Of a DNA stretch of 64,000 bases, positions 18,688 through 28,286 are shown piece by piece. The position numbers were made by a program, and so were the translations under genes. Positions within the stretch are counted from its first letter, which is position 1. Each line of letters begins with the position of its first letter. Below the pieces are notes generated by a model, which saw only the letters and a list, made by a program, of their open reading frames with translations, did not search any database and had not been told where the DNA came from. The DNA comes from Bacilli bacterium. Its GTDB lineage: Bacteria; Bacillota_I; Bacilli_A; RFN20; CAG-826. The stretch covers positions 53,979 through 117,978 of the forward strand of contig JALCSW010000001.1 of assembly GCA_022653695.1 (NCBI GenBank), written 5' to 3'.

Positions 18688-19680
18688 ATGAAGTTCAAGA
18701 TGAAGATGCTTGGAAGCATCGCCGCGGTCGGCCTTTCGTTTGGCTTGCTCGGGACGGCTTTCGCTTCCATCAACCACAACAATGCCATAGAGGCGGACGC
18801 CGCGGCGGGCGACGTGGCGGCTATATACGATTTCACAACAGCAAGCTTTGCGAGTACCAGTTATACAAGTGCGTGGGATTACGGTGACGCCACCATTTTC
18901 GGCGGAGCGAACAATAATGCAGGTTGGAATTATGTCAAGATGGGCGGAAAAAGTACAAATCTTTCAATAGCCAACCCCGTTTACGTTTCCTCTCAAAAGG
19001 ACTCCATCTCAAAAGCAATACAAAAAGTAACGGTAAGCATTATTGACGGATCGCTTTCGTACACCGGAATGTCCGTGAATAGTTGGGGTCTTTATGTTTA
19101 TTCCGATTCCGAAATGTCAACTCAAATCGATTATGTGGCTGGCGGGACGATAACCAGTTCCGCGGCGGATTTCGATTTTACCCCAACGACCGGAAACGTG
19201 TGGGCAGCCGGTTCCTATTACAAAATAAGCTGGGATTTGGCAAACACAACCACAAAAAATGGGATTATCTACGTTGATACGATTTCTTTCATTGAAGGCA
19301 GTGCTATCACCGACAGCGAGGCTCTTGACACGTTTGTTTCGGATTATATGCACATAGACGAAACGACTGAAGGACAATGCATGACGTATTATCCGCCAGC
19401 CAAGTCCGCGTATAACAACCTGTCTTCGAGCCAAAGATCGTTGTTCGTCACGGACTCCCATTACCAGACCGCTTACAATCGCTTAGTCGCCTGGGCCGCA
19501 GCCAATGGCGAGAGCATTGATTCGGCCAATGACAATGTCCTAGGTGCCAAAACCTCGATCTTTGCCGCGGACACTTCTATGGAAACGGGATCGATTGCCG
19601 CTGGCGTTATCGCTTTGGTCGGCATTATCGCCCTCGGCGGATTCCTCTTCTACCGCAAGAAGAAAGGATTGCCCGAATAA
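18688..19680 (+). CDS. Secreted surface protein with C-terminal membrane anchor
   Basis: Signal peptide, S/T/N-rich beta domain, helical Cys-containing domain, TM helix plus RKKK; AGGAGG RBS. Confidence 0.8.
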   Translation: MKFKMKMLGSIAAVGLSFGLLGTAFASINHNNAIEADAAAGDVAAIYDFTTASFASTSYTSAWDYGDATIFGGANNNAGWNYVKMGGKSTNLSIANPVYVSSQKDSISKAIQKVTVSIIDGSLSYTGMSVNSWGLYVYSDSEMSTQIDYVAGGTITSSAADFDFTPTTGNVWAAGSYYKISWDLANTTTKNGIIYVDTISFIEGSAITDSEALDTFVSDYMHIDETTEGQCMTYYPPAKSAYNNLSSSQRSLFVTDSHYQTAYNRLVAWAAANGESIDSANDNVLGAKTSIFAADTSMETGSIAAGVIALVGIIALGGFLFYRKKKGLPE

Positions 19681-19710
19681 ACGATTGAATCCGATTGTCT
19701 CAGCCATTCG

Positions 19711-19740
19711 AAGCACCCTGATAAAACGGGGTGCTTTTTT
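19711..19740 (+). terminator. Intrinsic terminator
   Basis: AAGCACCCTG...CGGGGTGCTTTTTT. Confidence 0.75.
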
Positions 19741-19872
19741 GAAAGCAATTAGCAAGGCGCGTTCTTTTAGCAAAAAGGCGAAGAGGGCTTCATGCGATTA
19801 TAAGCATACGGAAGGTACACAAATTGCTTGGGTTTGTGGTGATGGTTCCACTCGTCTATAATCGGTGTAGCC

Positions 19873-20883
19873 ATGAAAAAAAGACGCCTCGCCATGTCGC
19901 TGATCGCCATCGCCCTCCTCTCCGCCTGCAAAGCCACCGAAAGCGGGACCTACTACCTTTTCGACACCACCGTAAGCGCCGTCCTTTACGAAAGCGAGCA
20001 AGAGAACATCGACTATTTGGATAACTATTTAACCACCCTCAGCGGGGAGTTGGACGCCTACGCGAAGCCGGCGGAAGGGACGAACACCCTTTATACCCTC
20101 AACCACACGAACGAGCCGGTCGAGGTAAGCCAAAGCCTTTTCGACGCCCTCGGTTTCGCCGTTTCGATGCAAGAGGCGACGGAAGGGTACTTCAACCCCT
20201 TCATCGGAGCCATCTCATCGTTATGGAAAGATGACGTTCTCTCCAAAACGGACCCTACGGCGGGCGAGGTCAGCGGAGTCGAAAGCCAGTTGCCTGAGCT
20301 ATTAGGGAAAATGAGGGCCACCTCGCTCACGATGGATCGAGAAAAGCTGACCGTGCGACGGAACGGGGAGGGCCTCATCGACTTGGGCGCGCTCGCCAAA
20401 GGCTACGCTTTCTTGGGGGTCCGCGATTATTTAAGGAAAGAGGGGATCGGCGCTTATCTGGTCAATGGGGGCACCAGCTCCATTCTCCTTGGCACCACCG
20501 CCAAAGGAGAACCGTGGAAGGTCAACTTCAACGACGCGCCCGATTGCTACTTTATGGCCGCCTCGACGGCGCTGGCCACCAGCTCGGAAAGCGAGCAATG
20601 CGTAACGATCGAGGGGACGACCTATTCCCATATCGTCAACCCTTTCACCGGGGAAGCCGTCTCCCCTTATAGGATGTGCACCGTCGTGAGCGAGGATCCC
20701 GCCCTCGACGACGTCCTTTCGACCGCCTTCATGCTGGCCGGGGGGAGCAAAGCCAAGGAACTCTCCGCCTCGATAGGCAAAACTTACGGCGTCGACGTCG
20801 CCTTCGCCCTTCTGTCTTTCGACGAAAACGGGAACGGCGTGTGGGACGATAACGGAACCCTTGAGATCATGGCCGCCCAATGA
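19873..20883 (+). CDS. apbE: FAD:protein FMN transferase (lipoprotein)
   Basis: Lipobox LSAC, GYFNPFIG, IDLGALAKGYA, ATSS, YSHIVNPFTG, DVLSTAF. Confidence 0.88.
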   Translation: MKKRRLAMSLIAIALLSACKATESGTYYLFDTTVSAVLYESEQENIDYLDNYLTTLSGELDAYAKPAEGTNTLYTLNHTNEPVEVSQSLFDALGFAVSMQEATEGYFNPFIGAISSLWKDDVLSKTDPTAGEVSGVESQLPELLGKMRATSLTMDREKLTVRRNGEGLIDLGALAKGYAFLGVRDYLRKEGIGAYLVNGGTSSILLGTTAKGEPWKVNFNDAPDCYFMAASTALATSSESEQCVTIEGTTYSHIVNPFTGEAVSPYRMCTVVSEDPALDDVLSTAFMLAGGSKAKELSASIGKTYGVDVAFALLSFDENGNGVWDDNGTLEIMAAQ

Positions 20884-21302
20884 AAACCAAGGGGTTTGTC
20901 AAAAAACATCTGTGGGACGGCGTTTTGACTTTGGGCCTCATCGCCCTTTCATGCGCCGTCTTGGCCGCTTGTTTCTGGCCCGTCGGCGAAGGAAGCGACG
21001 TCTACGCTTACGTCTATGTCTCCGCCAAGATCGTCCAGCTCCAGGAGGGCTCCGACTCAATCGACCTTACCAAAGTCGATAGCGGAGCCACCTACCTCAT
21101 CCAAGGCGCCATGGAAGGGGAAAAGGGCCTCGTCACCATTTCCGTCGAACCGGGGAGAATCGCGGTGAAGGAAAGCCATTGCCCCCATCAGTATTGCGTG
21201 AAAGAGGGCTATATCTCGCGGCCGGGCCAAAACATTATCTGCGCCCCCAACGAACTTCTGATCACCCTTACGGGGACTACGGGCGAGGTCTGGGTCGGAT
21301 GA
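20880..21302 (+). CDS. NusG domain II-containing membrane protein
   Basis: N-terminal TM; ESHCPHQYCVKEG...IICAPNEL. Confidence 0.85.
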   Translation: MKTKGFVKKHLWDGVLTLGLIALSCAVLAACFWPVGEGSDVYAYVYVSAKIVQLQEGSDSIDLTKVDSGATYLIQGAMEGEKGLVTISVEPGRIAVKESHCPHQYCVKEGYISRPGQNIICAPNELLITLTGTTGEVWVG

Positions 21303-21841
21303 AAAGCTTCACGGTCGCTCGCCTAAGCGCTCTGGCGATGGCTTTGGCCCTGGCGGTCGTCCTTTCCTACGTCGAGGGCTTCATTCCCTTTTTCGTGCCT
21401 GGGGTCAAGCTCGGTTTCGCGAACCTCATCGTTTTGCTCCTGCTATACGGGGTCTCGTGGTACGACGCCCTCATCGTCGACCTTTTGCGCGTGTTCCTCG
21501 TTTCCTTGCTGCGGGGCAATATCTTGCAGATGGGCTTCTTCATGTCGCTCGGGGGAGCCATCGCCTCTTTCGTCGCGATGTTGCTCGCCCGAATGTTTCT
21601 CAAAAAACTATCGATATACGGGGTCTCCGTCTTGGGGGCTTACGTGCATAGCCTCGTCCAACTTTTAATCGGGGTGCCGTTTTTGGGCACTTGGGCCGTC
21701 TTTTCCTATTTTCCCTTTATCTCGCTCCTTTCCATCGCAACGGGCCTTTTGATCGGGGTTCTGGCGGATCAGATCCTCCGAAGCGGGGTCCTTAAAAGAA
21801 TCAAGGCTTCTTCCCCGCCCCAAGCCGACGGGCCCAAGTGA
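21299..21841 (+). CDS. Gx transporter family / heptaprenyl diphosphate synthase component I-like membrane protein
   Basis: LSYVEGFIP, PGVKLGFANL, GVSVLGAYVHSLVQL; ATG overlaps the upstream stop. Confidence 0.85.
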   Translation: MKSFTVARLSALAMALALAVVLSYVEGFIPFFVPGVKLGFANLIVLLLLYGVSWYDALIVDLLRVFLVSLLRGNILQMGFFMSLGGAIASFVAMLLARMFLKKLSIYGVSVLGAYVHSLVQLLIGVPFLGTWAVFSYFPFISLLSIATGLLIGVLADQILRSGVLKRIKASSPPQADGPK

Positions 21842-21845
21842 AGGC

Positions 21846-21885
21846 AAAAGAAAAGCCCTTCGAGGACCGAAGGGCTCTTTTCTTT
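21846..21885. terminator. Bidirectional intrinsic terminator
   Basis: AAAAGAAAAGCCCTTCG-AGGAC-CGAAGGGCTCTTTTCTTT. Confidence 0.8.
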
Positions 21886-21887
21886 GC

Positions 21888-22472
21888 TTAGAAGGGCAGT
21901 TTCGCCTTGTCTCCCTTGGGGTTGAAGGGGCAGTTTTCGTTAAGGCACTGCCGGTTGTTCGGATAGAAACCGCAGACCGGGACCGAAATATCCATTTTAT
22001 GGGGATAATGCGCGTTCATGTATTCGGCCGCCGTGAATAGGCTGATGAAGGCGTCGCGCTTGCAGCAACGCGGCCCCCCGATCGCGCCCATCCGCCCAAG
22101 GGCCTGAGCTGACACTTTGAGATGCTCGCCCCAATCCTTGGCGGAAAGAGGGCCCGTCCCCTCAATGAAGGAGAGGGCAGCCCCGACGGAGGCCGTCGAT
22201 CCGCACACGGCCCAATAGCCGCAGATGGCCCCCGGCATGGCGGAACCCTGTTCCAAAAGATACCGCAAACCCCGCTCCAAATCGATCTCGCCCCCGGCGT
22301 TATGGTAAGCGGAAAGAAGGCAGGCCCCATCCAGCACGTGGTGCTCCGGCCCGTGCATCCTCACGAAATCCATGTGGGCGATCCGAACGAACATTTTGAT
22401 CGGGTCTTTTTCTTTCGCTTCCTTAACCGCGGCGACGATCCTCTCGCACCGCTCCTCAAATGCGCAATCCAT
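21888..22472 (-). CDS. DUF5714-like Cys-rich protein
   Basis: MHGPEHH, PGAICGYWAVCG, GGPRCCKR and C...N.QC....CPF motifs. Confidence 0.75.
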   Translation of the reverse strand: MDCAFEERCERIVAAVKEAKEKDPIKMFVRIAHMDFVRMHGPEHHVLDGACLLSAYHNAGGEIDLERGLRYLLEQGSAMPGAICGYWAVCGSTASVGAALSFIEGTGPLSAKDWGEHLKVSAQALGRMGAIGGPRCCKRDAFISLFTAAEYMNAHYPHKMDISVPVCGFYPNNRQCLNENCPFNPKGDKAKLPF

Positions 22473-22484
22473 AAACGATTCCTC

Positions 22485-24632
22485 CTATCCTTTCTTATCC
22501 AAACGGATGAACTCGACCTTTTCGTAATGGCTCTTCATCCCCTCGTGGAGGCAAAGACACGAACATTTTCCGCCTCTATTGGCGACACGATAGAGATTGT
22601 ACTCGCCCTTCCGGTAGGAGAGACCATCCCCACTGTCTTCGTAGTGGGTATAGGAGCCTTCCTCCCCCGTCACGAGGAAAGAGAGGGTTTTCGGGTATTC
22701 GGTCGTGGGGTTGCCTTTGACGATCGGGACGATCGAATTCTCCCTCACGAAAAGGGGGATCGCCTCTAAGGGGACGTCGATCAGATGGTAGCCCTTCCCA
22801 TAGCGGCGCCCGGAGAAATAATCGTAGAACGCCGAAGGGAAATAGACGCTCCGGCAACGCTCGCCGGGGAAAAGGGCCGGGGCGAAAAGAAGCGAGGCGC
22901 CGAGCATCGCCTCGGTGTTCTCGTTCCTTAGGAGGGGGTCGGCGGGGAAATTGGCGATGAGAGGGCGGTATACGGGCGAGCCGGTTTCCTCGTGCTCGCG
23001 CAGCAAATCGTAAAAATAGGATATGAGCTCGTAGCGGAGCGAAACCGCCTTGCGATAGATCCCCGTCGTCTCGTCGTCGAAAGCGTAGCCCTCCTGCCGT
23101 TTCGTTCCAAAAGCGCTGTGGTTGCGCATTAACGGCGAGAAAACGCCGAGTTCGATCCAGCGGATCAGGAGCTCTTTCGTCGCGTCGCCCGAGAAGCCCC
23201 CGATGTCGTTGCCCGTCATCTCGATCCCGGAAAGGGCCATGTTTGCCAGTTGGGGGATCGTCAGCCTCAAGTGATCCCAGATCGATTGGTTGTCCCCCGT
23301 CCACGAGGCGGCGTAGTGGGCGGTCCGGGCGTAAGCGGCCCGCGTCACGATGAAGGGGCGCATCTTTGCCCTTAAGAAGCCTTCGCAAGTGGCTCTGTCC
23401 ATCTTTTCGGCGTAAAGGTTATGGGCCATCGCGTGGGGCATCCCCCCCATATCGACTTCATCGGGAAGCGGACCGAGGAAAGAAGCGGGCTCGTTCATGT
23501 CGTTCCAGATCCCCGAAACGCCGCTTTTAAGAAGGAAAGACTCCACGTGAGAGGCCCACCAATCTTGCGTTTTCTCGTCCATGAAGGCGGGGAAGACGGA
23601 ATCGCCGGGCCAAACCTCGTTATGGTAGGCCTCGCCCCCAAGGGTGCACAGAAAGCCGTTCCTCAGCCCTTCGTCGTACATGAAATACCCGGGCAGGGCC
23701 TTCAGACCCGCGTCGATTATGGGGACGATGCGAACGCCTTCGCGCCGCTTCGCCGCGACCCAGGAGGGAAAAGAGGGGAACCTCTTCTCATCGACGGTGA
23801 AATCCATATAGCGGTCCATGTAGGCGATGTCGAGATAGAGGGCGCTCAGGGGGATGCCGGCTTTTTTATATCCGGCTATTACCTCGTCGCACTCCTCTTC
23901 GCTCCCATAGCTCCAGCGGCTTTGCTGATAGCCAAGGGCCCAGCGGGGCGGCAAAGGGCCCGTGCCGACGCAGCGGGAGAATTGGCGCGATACGTCCAAA
24001 AGGGAACCGAAGAAAAGATAAAGGTCCATTCCGCCAAGGAGATAGGACGCCGTGACCGTTTTCGGGTCCCGCTTCTCGAAATCGAAGAAGGTCTTGCCGG
24101 AGTTGTCGAGGAAGACCCCCACCGAATCCTCGCCCTGAAACATCGTAAAGAAAGGGATCGATTTGTAAAGGGACTTGAAGGTGTCCACCTGAGCGCTCGG
24201 GTCGTCGGTGTTGTAATTGAGGTAATCGTATCCCGCCTTGTCGAGCGGCCCGGTCTTGTCGCCCAGCCCATACACCGGACCCGCGAAAACGAAGGAGACC
24301 CCGCCCGCAGGCGAGGGCGTCTTCTTCGGACCGTCAAGGCTTTCCGCGAAACGGTTCCCCGCATGGGAGGCGGCCATCCGCCCCGAACCATAAAGGCGCC
24401 CCTCGATAACGGGCTTCCGGCCTTTTTTGACCACGAAAGACCCATCGCGGGAAAGGGCGAAAACGTAAGCGCCGAAAGAAAACTCCGCGCTTTCCTCCCC
24501 GCCGCCCTCGGCCGAGGAAGCTGGATCCATCATCGAGATCCTGATGGCGGTTTGGCTGAGGGAGGTGGCTTCATAAACTCCTCCCTCGAGGAGAAGGAGA
24601 CGGCAAACGGAATTGGCTATGGGACGATTCAT
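22485..24632 (-). CDS. Glycoside hydrolase family 31 (alpha-glucosidase-like)
   Basis: YGLGDK, LYKSIPF, WALGYQQSRWSY, GIWNDMNEP (nucleophile), WTGDN, DIGGF. Confidence 0.92.
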   Translation of the reverse strand: MNRPIANSVCRLLLLEGGVYEATSLSQTAIRISMMDPASSAEGGGEESAEFSFGAYVFALSRDGSFVVKKGRKPVIEGRLYGSGRMAASHAGNRFAESLDGPKKTPSPAGGVSFVFAGPVYGLGDKTGPLDKAGYDYLNYNTDDPSAQVDTFKSLYKSIPFFTMFQGEDSVGVFLDNSGKTFFDFEKRDPKTVTASYLLGGMDLYLFFGSLLDVSRQFSRCVGTGPLPPRWALGYQQSRWSYGSEEECDEVIAGYKKAGIPLSALYLDIAYMDRYMDFTVDEKRFPSFPSWVAAKRREGVRIVPIIDAGLKALPGYFMYDEGLRNGFLCTLGGEAYHNEVWPGDSVFPAFMDEKTQDWWASHVESFLLKSGVSGIWNDMNEPASFLGPLPDEVDMGGMPHAMAHNLYAEKMDRATCEGFLRAKMRPFIVTRAAYARTAHYAASWTGDNQSIWDHLRLTIPQLANMALSGIEMTGNDIGGFSGDATKELLIRWIELGVFSPLMRNHSAFGTKRQEGYAFDDETTGIYRKAVSLRYELISYFYDLLREHEETGSPVYRPLIANFPADPLLRNENTEAMLGASLLFAPALFPGERCRSVYFPSAFYDYFSGRRYGKGYHLIDVPLEAIPLFVRENSIVPIVKGNPTTEYPKTLSFLVTGEEGSYTHYEDSGDGLSYRKGEYNLYRVANRGGKCSCLCLHEGMKSHYEKVEFIRLDKKG

Positions 24633-24683
24633 GAACCCATTTTACGGCGGGGGAAGCCTTCTTGCACCAAAAGGAAGTTCGCC

Positions 24684-27032
24684 TCACCAAAGGGCCACCC
24701 GATCCTCCGGGGCGACATACATCGCGTCGCTGGCCTCGAGGGCGAAGGTCTCCGCGAATTTGCCGCTGTTGCTTAGAAGGCGGTTGACGCGGGCCCGCCC
24801 ATAAGGATGGACGTCGTCGATGTTGTAGGTCAGATAGGAAGCGAGGGTTTCCTTGTCGGCGAAGTTATAGGAGAAATCGCGGTAGAACTCCTTGTAATCG
24901 AAGCCGTCGATCGTCGCGACGATCCCTTCCACGAGCCCCAACCCGCCGATGTCGGCCATGTCTTCGGTGATCGTGAGGGATCCTTTGGTCGCGGCCCTCG
25001 TATCGGGCAGACATTCGTAGCCCTCATAAAGGGCGGAAATCTCGTTTTGCTTCATGGCGAACGTCTTTTGATCGGCTTCGCCGAAGATGGTCGTTTCCGC
25101 TCCAAGGTAGCGCCCGTCCTTGTCATAGTGGCTGCCGTTCTTGTCGTATCCGTGCGTCATCTCGTGGCCCGTCACGATGCCTAGCGAAGCGAAAAGGGCC
25201 TCGTCGCTGAAGGAAGCGAAATCCCCGCCGTAGGCAAACAGGAAGCCAAGCGTGATCGTAACCGAATTAAAGACCGGCATATAGAAGGCGTTGGCAAGGA
25301 AAGGATCGATCGAACGCATGTAGGCTCGAGCGGGGCTCATCTCAGATTCGATGTCGTTCAGGGAGAGGCGCCACGTGGCGTTGCGGACCGTCCCGAGGTC
25401 CTTCGAAAGCCTCTGGCTAATCGGGGAAACGACGGAAGAGTAATCAAACGGCGCCCCGTCCGGATAAGCCGAGTACAGATAAAAGGTGAGGCCACTCAGT
25501 TTGTCGGCGATCGCCTCGGCCCCACCTTCGCTCAGCCAAGGGCTGTTCTCCGAGCGGCTGACGAACGAGGATTCAAGGGCGGAGAGGACCCTTTTGGCGA
25601 GCGCCACGTTGGAAGCGCAGGCCTCGCTGGCGAGGAAATCGGTGGCTAGCGGCCATTTGACGAGGTATTCGAAGGCCCCGTCCAGCCACCTCTGGCCCTT
25701 CTTGTAGGATAGCGTGGTCCGGTTGGCGCGATAGAAGGTATAAAGCCCCAAAGCCCCTAACTCATCCATGCCGGCTTCCGCGATGGCTTTCCCGCTCGAA
25801 AGGCAGAGCCCCTCGTTCGTGCAGATGAGATGGCCTAGATCCGCGTTCGACAGGCCGGAGGCGCCCGCGACATCGCTTAAGGAAAGGGCGAGGCCGAAGC
25901 CTTCATAGAGATCCTGACTCGTCGAGGCGTCGTAAAGATCGCAATACCGCTTGGCGAACTGGGCGTACTCGCCGACGTAATAGCTTTTTTGCCTCCTGGC
26001 GAAAGAGAGGAGCGAATCGGCCAAAAGGGTCGATTTCGCGCTGGAAAAGCCCAAGGAACCGAAAGCCGTTTCGTAGGTTCCCCGCAAACTCGAGACAACC
26101 GTTCCGTCGTTTAAATCGCTCTCCGAGACGTCAAAGACCCCCGGCTCGCAGGAAACGGCCTCCTCGTATGAGCCGCGGATCACGAACGTCGGCGAAGAGA
26201 AAAACGGCGAAACGCCATAGTCGGCGAACATTTTGCCCGTGGCGGCGACCCAATCGGTGAGGCTTGAGGGCGAAGATAGGCCAGTTATCTCCTCCGCGAC
26301 GCCCGGCTCCGCAAGGAAGGAGTAATCGACCTCGCCCTCGAGGAAATCGAGCGCCTGCTTGTAGCTATCCGCGTGGGGGTTCGAGGAATCGACCGCATAG
26401 GCCCTAGCGGTATCTTCGATCGTCTTGTGCATTAGCCGCTCGTTCACGATGTTCGCCTTGCCGTAGATGTCCTCGCAGGTGTGGCCGTCGTCGTCGGGGT
26501 CGCCGAAATAGAACCCATACTGACTCGCGGTCGCGAAATCGTCTTTGGCGTTCGTCCCGAAATATTGGTAGAAACGGGACAGGATTCGCTCGACGTCATC
26601 GACGCTCACCTCCGCCGCCTCGTCGCTGAATTCGTGATAGAGGCCATAGGGGGAAAGCCACTCCAACGCGGATTCGACCTCTTTCGTCGTGGCTTTCGGG
26701 GAGACCGCATAGCCAGGATGGCCAATGTAATTCCTTTGCCCCGTTTTCGGAGGCATGAAGGAAGAGAAAGCCGCTTTCAGAAGCCGGACGAGGTTCCCTT
26801 CCGTGAACGCGCAATCGGGGGAGAGGCCGGAGGCGGACAAGAGGGCGTTTTCGCTTTTGCCGCCATCGTAGGGGAAGGCGCGCTTGGCGACGATAGAAGC
26901 CAAGCCGGTCGCCTCCTGGGCCGAACCGCCTGAGGAGACGAAAGGCGAAGAAACGGCGGCGCTGGAGAGGTTCCCGCAACTGACCATCCCCAAAACGAGA
27001 AACGGAAAAACGAAAATGCTGACCTTTTTCAT
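24684..27032 (-). CDS. M13 family (neprilysin/PepO-like) metallopeptidase, lipoprotein
   Basis: Lipobox MVSC, ANAFY, GHEMTHGYD, EDMADIGG, DVHP...RVN. Confidence 0.88.
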   Translation of the reverse strand: MKKVSIFVFPFLVLGMVSCGNLSSAAVSSPFVSSGGSAQEATGLASIVAKRAFPYDGGKSENALLSASGLSPDCAFTEGNLVRLLKAAFSSFMPPKTGQRNYIGHPGYAVSPKATTKEVESALEWLSPYGLYHEFSDEAAEVSVDDVERILSRFYQYFGTNAKDDFATASQYGFYFGDPDDDGHTCEDIYGKANIVNERLMHKTIEDTARAYAVDSSNPHADSYKQALDFLEGEVDYSFLAEPGVAEEITGLSSPSSLTDWVAATGKMFADYGVSPFFSSPTFVIRGSYEEAVSCEPGVFDVSESDLNDGTVVSSLRGTYETAFGSLGFSSAKSTLLADSLLSFARRQKSYYVGEYAQFAKRYCDLYDASTSQDLYEGFGLALSLSDVAGASGLSNADLGHLICTNEGLCLSSGKAIAEAGMDELGALGLYTFYRANRTTLSYKKGQRWLDGAFEYLVKWPLATDFLASEACASNVALAKRVLSALESSFVSRSENSPWLSEGGAEAIADKLSGLTFYLYSAYPDGAPFDYSSVVSPISQRLSKDLGTVRNATWRLSLNDIESEMSPARAYMRSIDPFLANAFYMPVFNSVTITLGFLFAYGGDFASFSDEALFASLGIVTGHEMTHGYDKNGSHYDKDGRYLGAETTIFGEADQKTFAMKQNEISALYEGYECLPDTRAATKGSLTITEDMADIGGLGLVEGIVATIDGFDYKEFYRDFSYNFADKETLASYLTYNIDDVHPYGRARVNRLLSNSGKFAETFALEASDAMYVAPEDRVALW

Positions 27033-27149
27033 AAACGAGCCTCCATTTATTTTATTATGCGCCTTTAGGGCGCCTCAGGAAGCGGCAAAAGCCATATGGG
27101 GGTCTCTTTTGACCCATGGTCCGTTCTTCGCAAAGGCCGAAGCGCGACA

Positions 27150-27199
27150 AAAAAAGCGGCTCTCCGCCAACGCCGTCAGGGAAAGCCGCTTCTTTTTTT
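27150..27199 (-). terminator. Intrinsic terminator after the zinc-ribbon gene
   Basis: AAAAAAGCGGCT...AGCCGCTT inverted repeat with A/T tracts. Confidence 0.55.
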
Positions 27200-27210
27200 C
27201 CTTAAAACGC

Positions 27211-27732
27211 TCAAAGGCGTTTGCCGCACTTCCGGCAATAGGTCGCGTCGGCGTCGTTGACTTCGCCGCAAGCGGGGCATTTTTTGCCAAGGGGTTTGCC
27301 GCAATTGTCGCAAAAAAGGGCCCCCGGCTCATTCTTGGTGCCGCAGTTCGGGCAGATAAGCCCTTCCTTAATCGGTTCCTTCCCTTTAACCGCCTCAGTC
27401 ACCCCGGCGACGGTTTTCGTGAATTCCTCGCGCGTTCCGTCAAGCATATAGTTGGTCACGTCCTTGGCCACCGGAGCGGTCTCCCCCGCCGAATAATTCG
27501 CGAACGCATGAAGATAGCCGAACATCAGGCAGGAAACGCCAACGAACAAGAGGGGCGCCCCAACGAAAAACGCCCAAAAATTGGTGGGCATGCCAAAACC
27601 GCTCATCGCCCCGAAGAAATCGATCAGGCCAATGACGATGAAAACAAAGCCCAAACCCGTGCAAACGAAACCGACGACGCGCAAGACCAATTTGGCTTTC
27701 CCGTTATTCTTGAACGAGTATTTCTCACCCAT
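27211..27732 (-). CDS. Membrane protein with C-terminal double zinc ribbon
   Basis: Two TM helices; CPNCG...FCDNCG...CPACG...YCRKCG. Confidence 0.85.
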   Translation of the reverse strand: MGEKYSFKNNGKAKLVLRVVGFVCTGLGFVFIVIGLIDFFGAMSGFGMPTNFWAFFVGAPLLFVGVSCLMFGYLHAFANYSAGETAPVAKDVTNYMLDGTREEFTKTVAGVTEAVKGKEPIKEGLICPNCGTKNEPGALFCDNCGKPLGKKCPACGEVNDADATYCRKCGKRL

Positions 27733-27829
27733 ATGCAAGCCCCTCCCAAAAAACGACAACCCCACTATAGCCTAATCGCCATGAAAAGGAAAAGCGGCAA
27801 GTGAGGGAAAATCGGCTTTATTCCGGTCT

Positions 27830-28252
27830 CTATTTGCTTGCCTTCTTCTGACACTCGGGGCAAATGCCGTAGATTTCGGCGTTATGGTCGACGATTTTGA
27901 AACCCGTTCCCTTTTCGAGGGCCTTATTGGCCTCTTCGTAGGGGCAACCCTCAATCTCAACCCGCTTATGGCATTTAAGGCAAACGATGACGTGCTTATC
28001 AGGGCGGGAGGCGAGGGAAAAGAGACTGACGTGATCGGGCGAAACCTCCTTGTGGACGAGCCCTTTGCCCACGAAGAAATTCAGGCAACGGTAAACGGTC
28101 GAGAGGTTGATCCCTTCCCTTTTCGCCGCATCATAGACTATGATGGCCGTGACGGGATAGGCACTTTTCCTTAAAAAGGCGAGAATCGCCTGCCGGCCTT
28201 TGGTGTTTTTGTAGACGGTGGTCTCCATGTCGCTTGCCATTTTACTATTCAT
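27830..28252 (-). CDS. Fur-family regulator (probably Zur)
   Basis: TKGRQAIL, INLSTVYRCL, HVIVCLKC, YGICPEC; divergent from a Zn ABC operon. Confidence 0.88.
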   Translation of the reverse strand: MNSKMASDMETTVYKNTKGRQAILAFLRKSAYPVTAIIVYDAAKREGINLSTVYRCLNFFVGKGLVHKEVSPDHVSLFSLASRPDKHVIVCLKCHKRVEIEGCPYEEANKALEKGTGFKIVDHNAEIYGICPECQKKASK

Positions 28253-28265
28253 GGGCTATATTATC

Positions 28266-28286
28266 AAACGCAAATGATTTGCATTT
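28266..28286. promoter_or_regulatory. Putative Zur/Fur box
   Basis: 10-1-10 palindrome AAACGCAAAT-G-ATTTGCATTT (one mismatch) in the 52-bp divergent intergenic gap. Confidence 0.7.
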
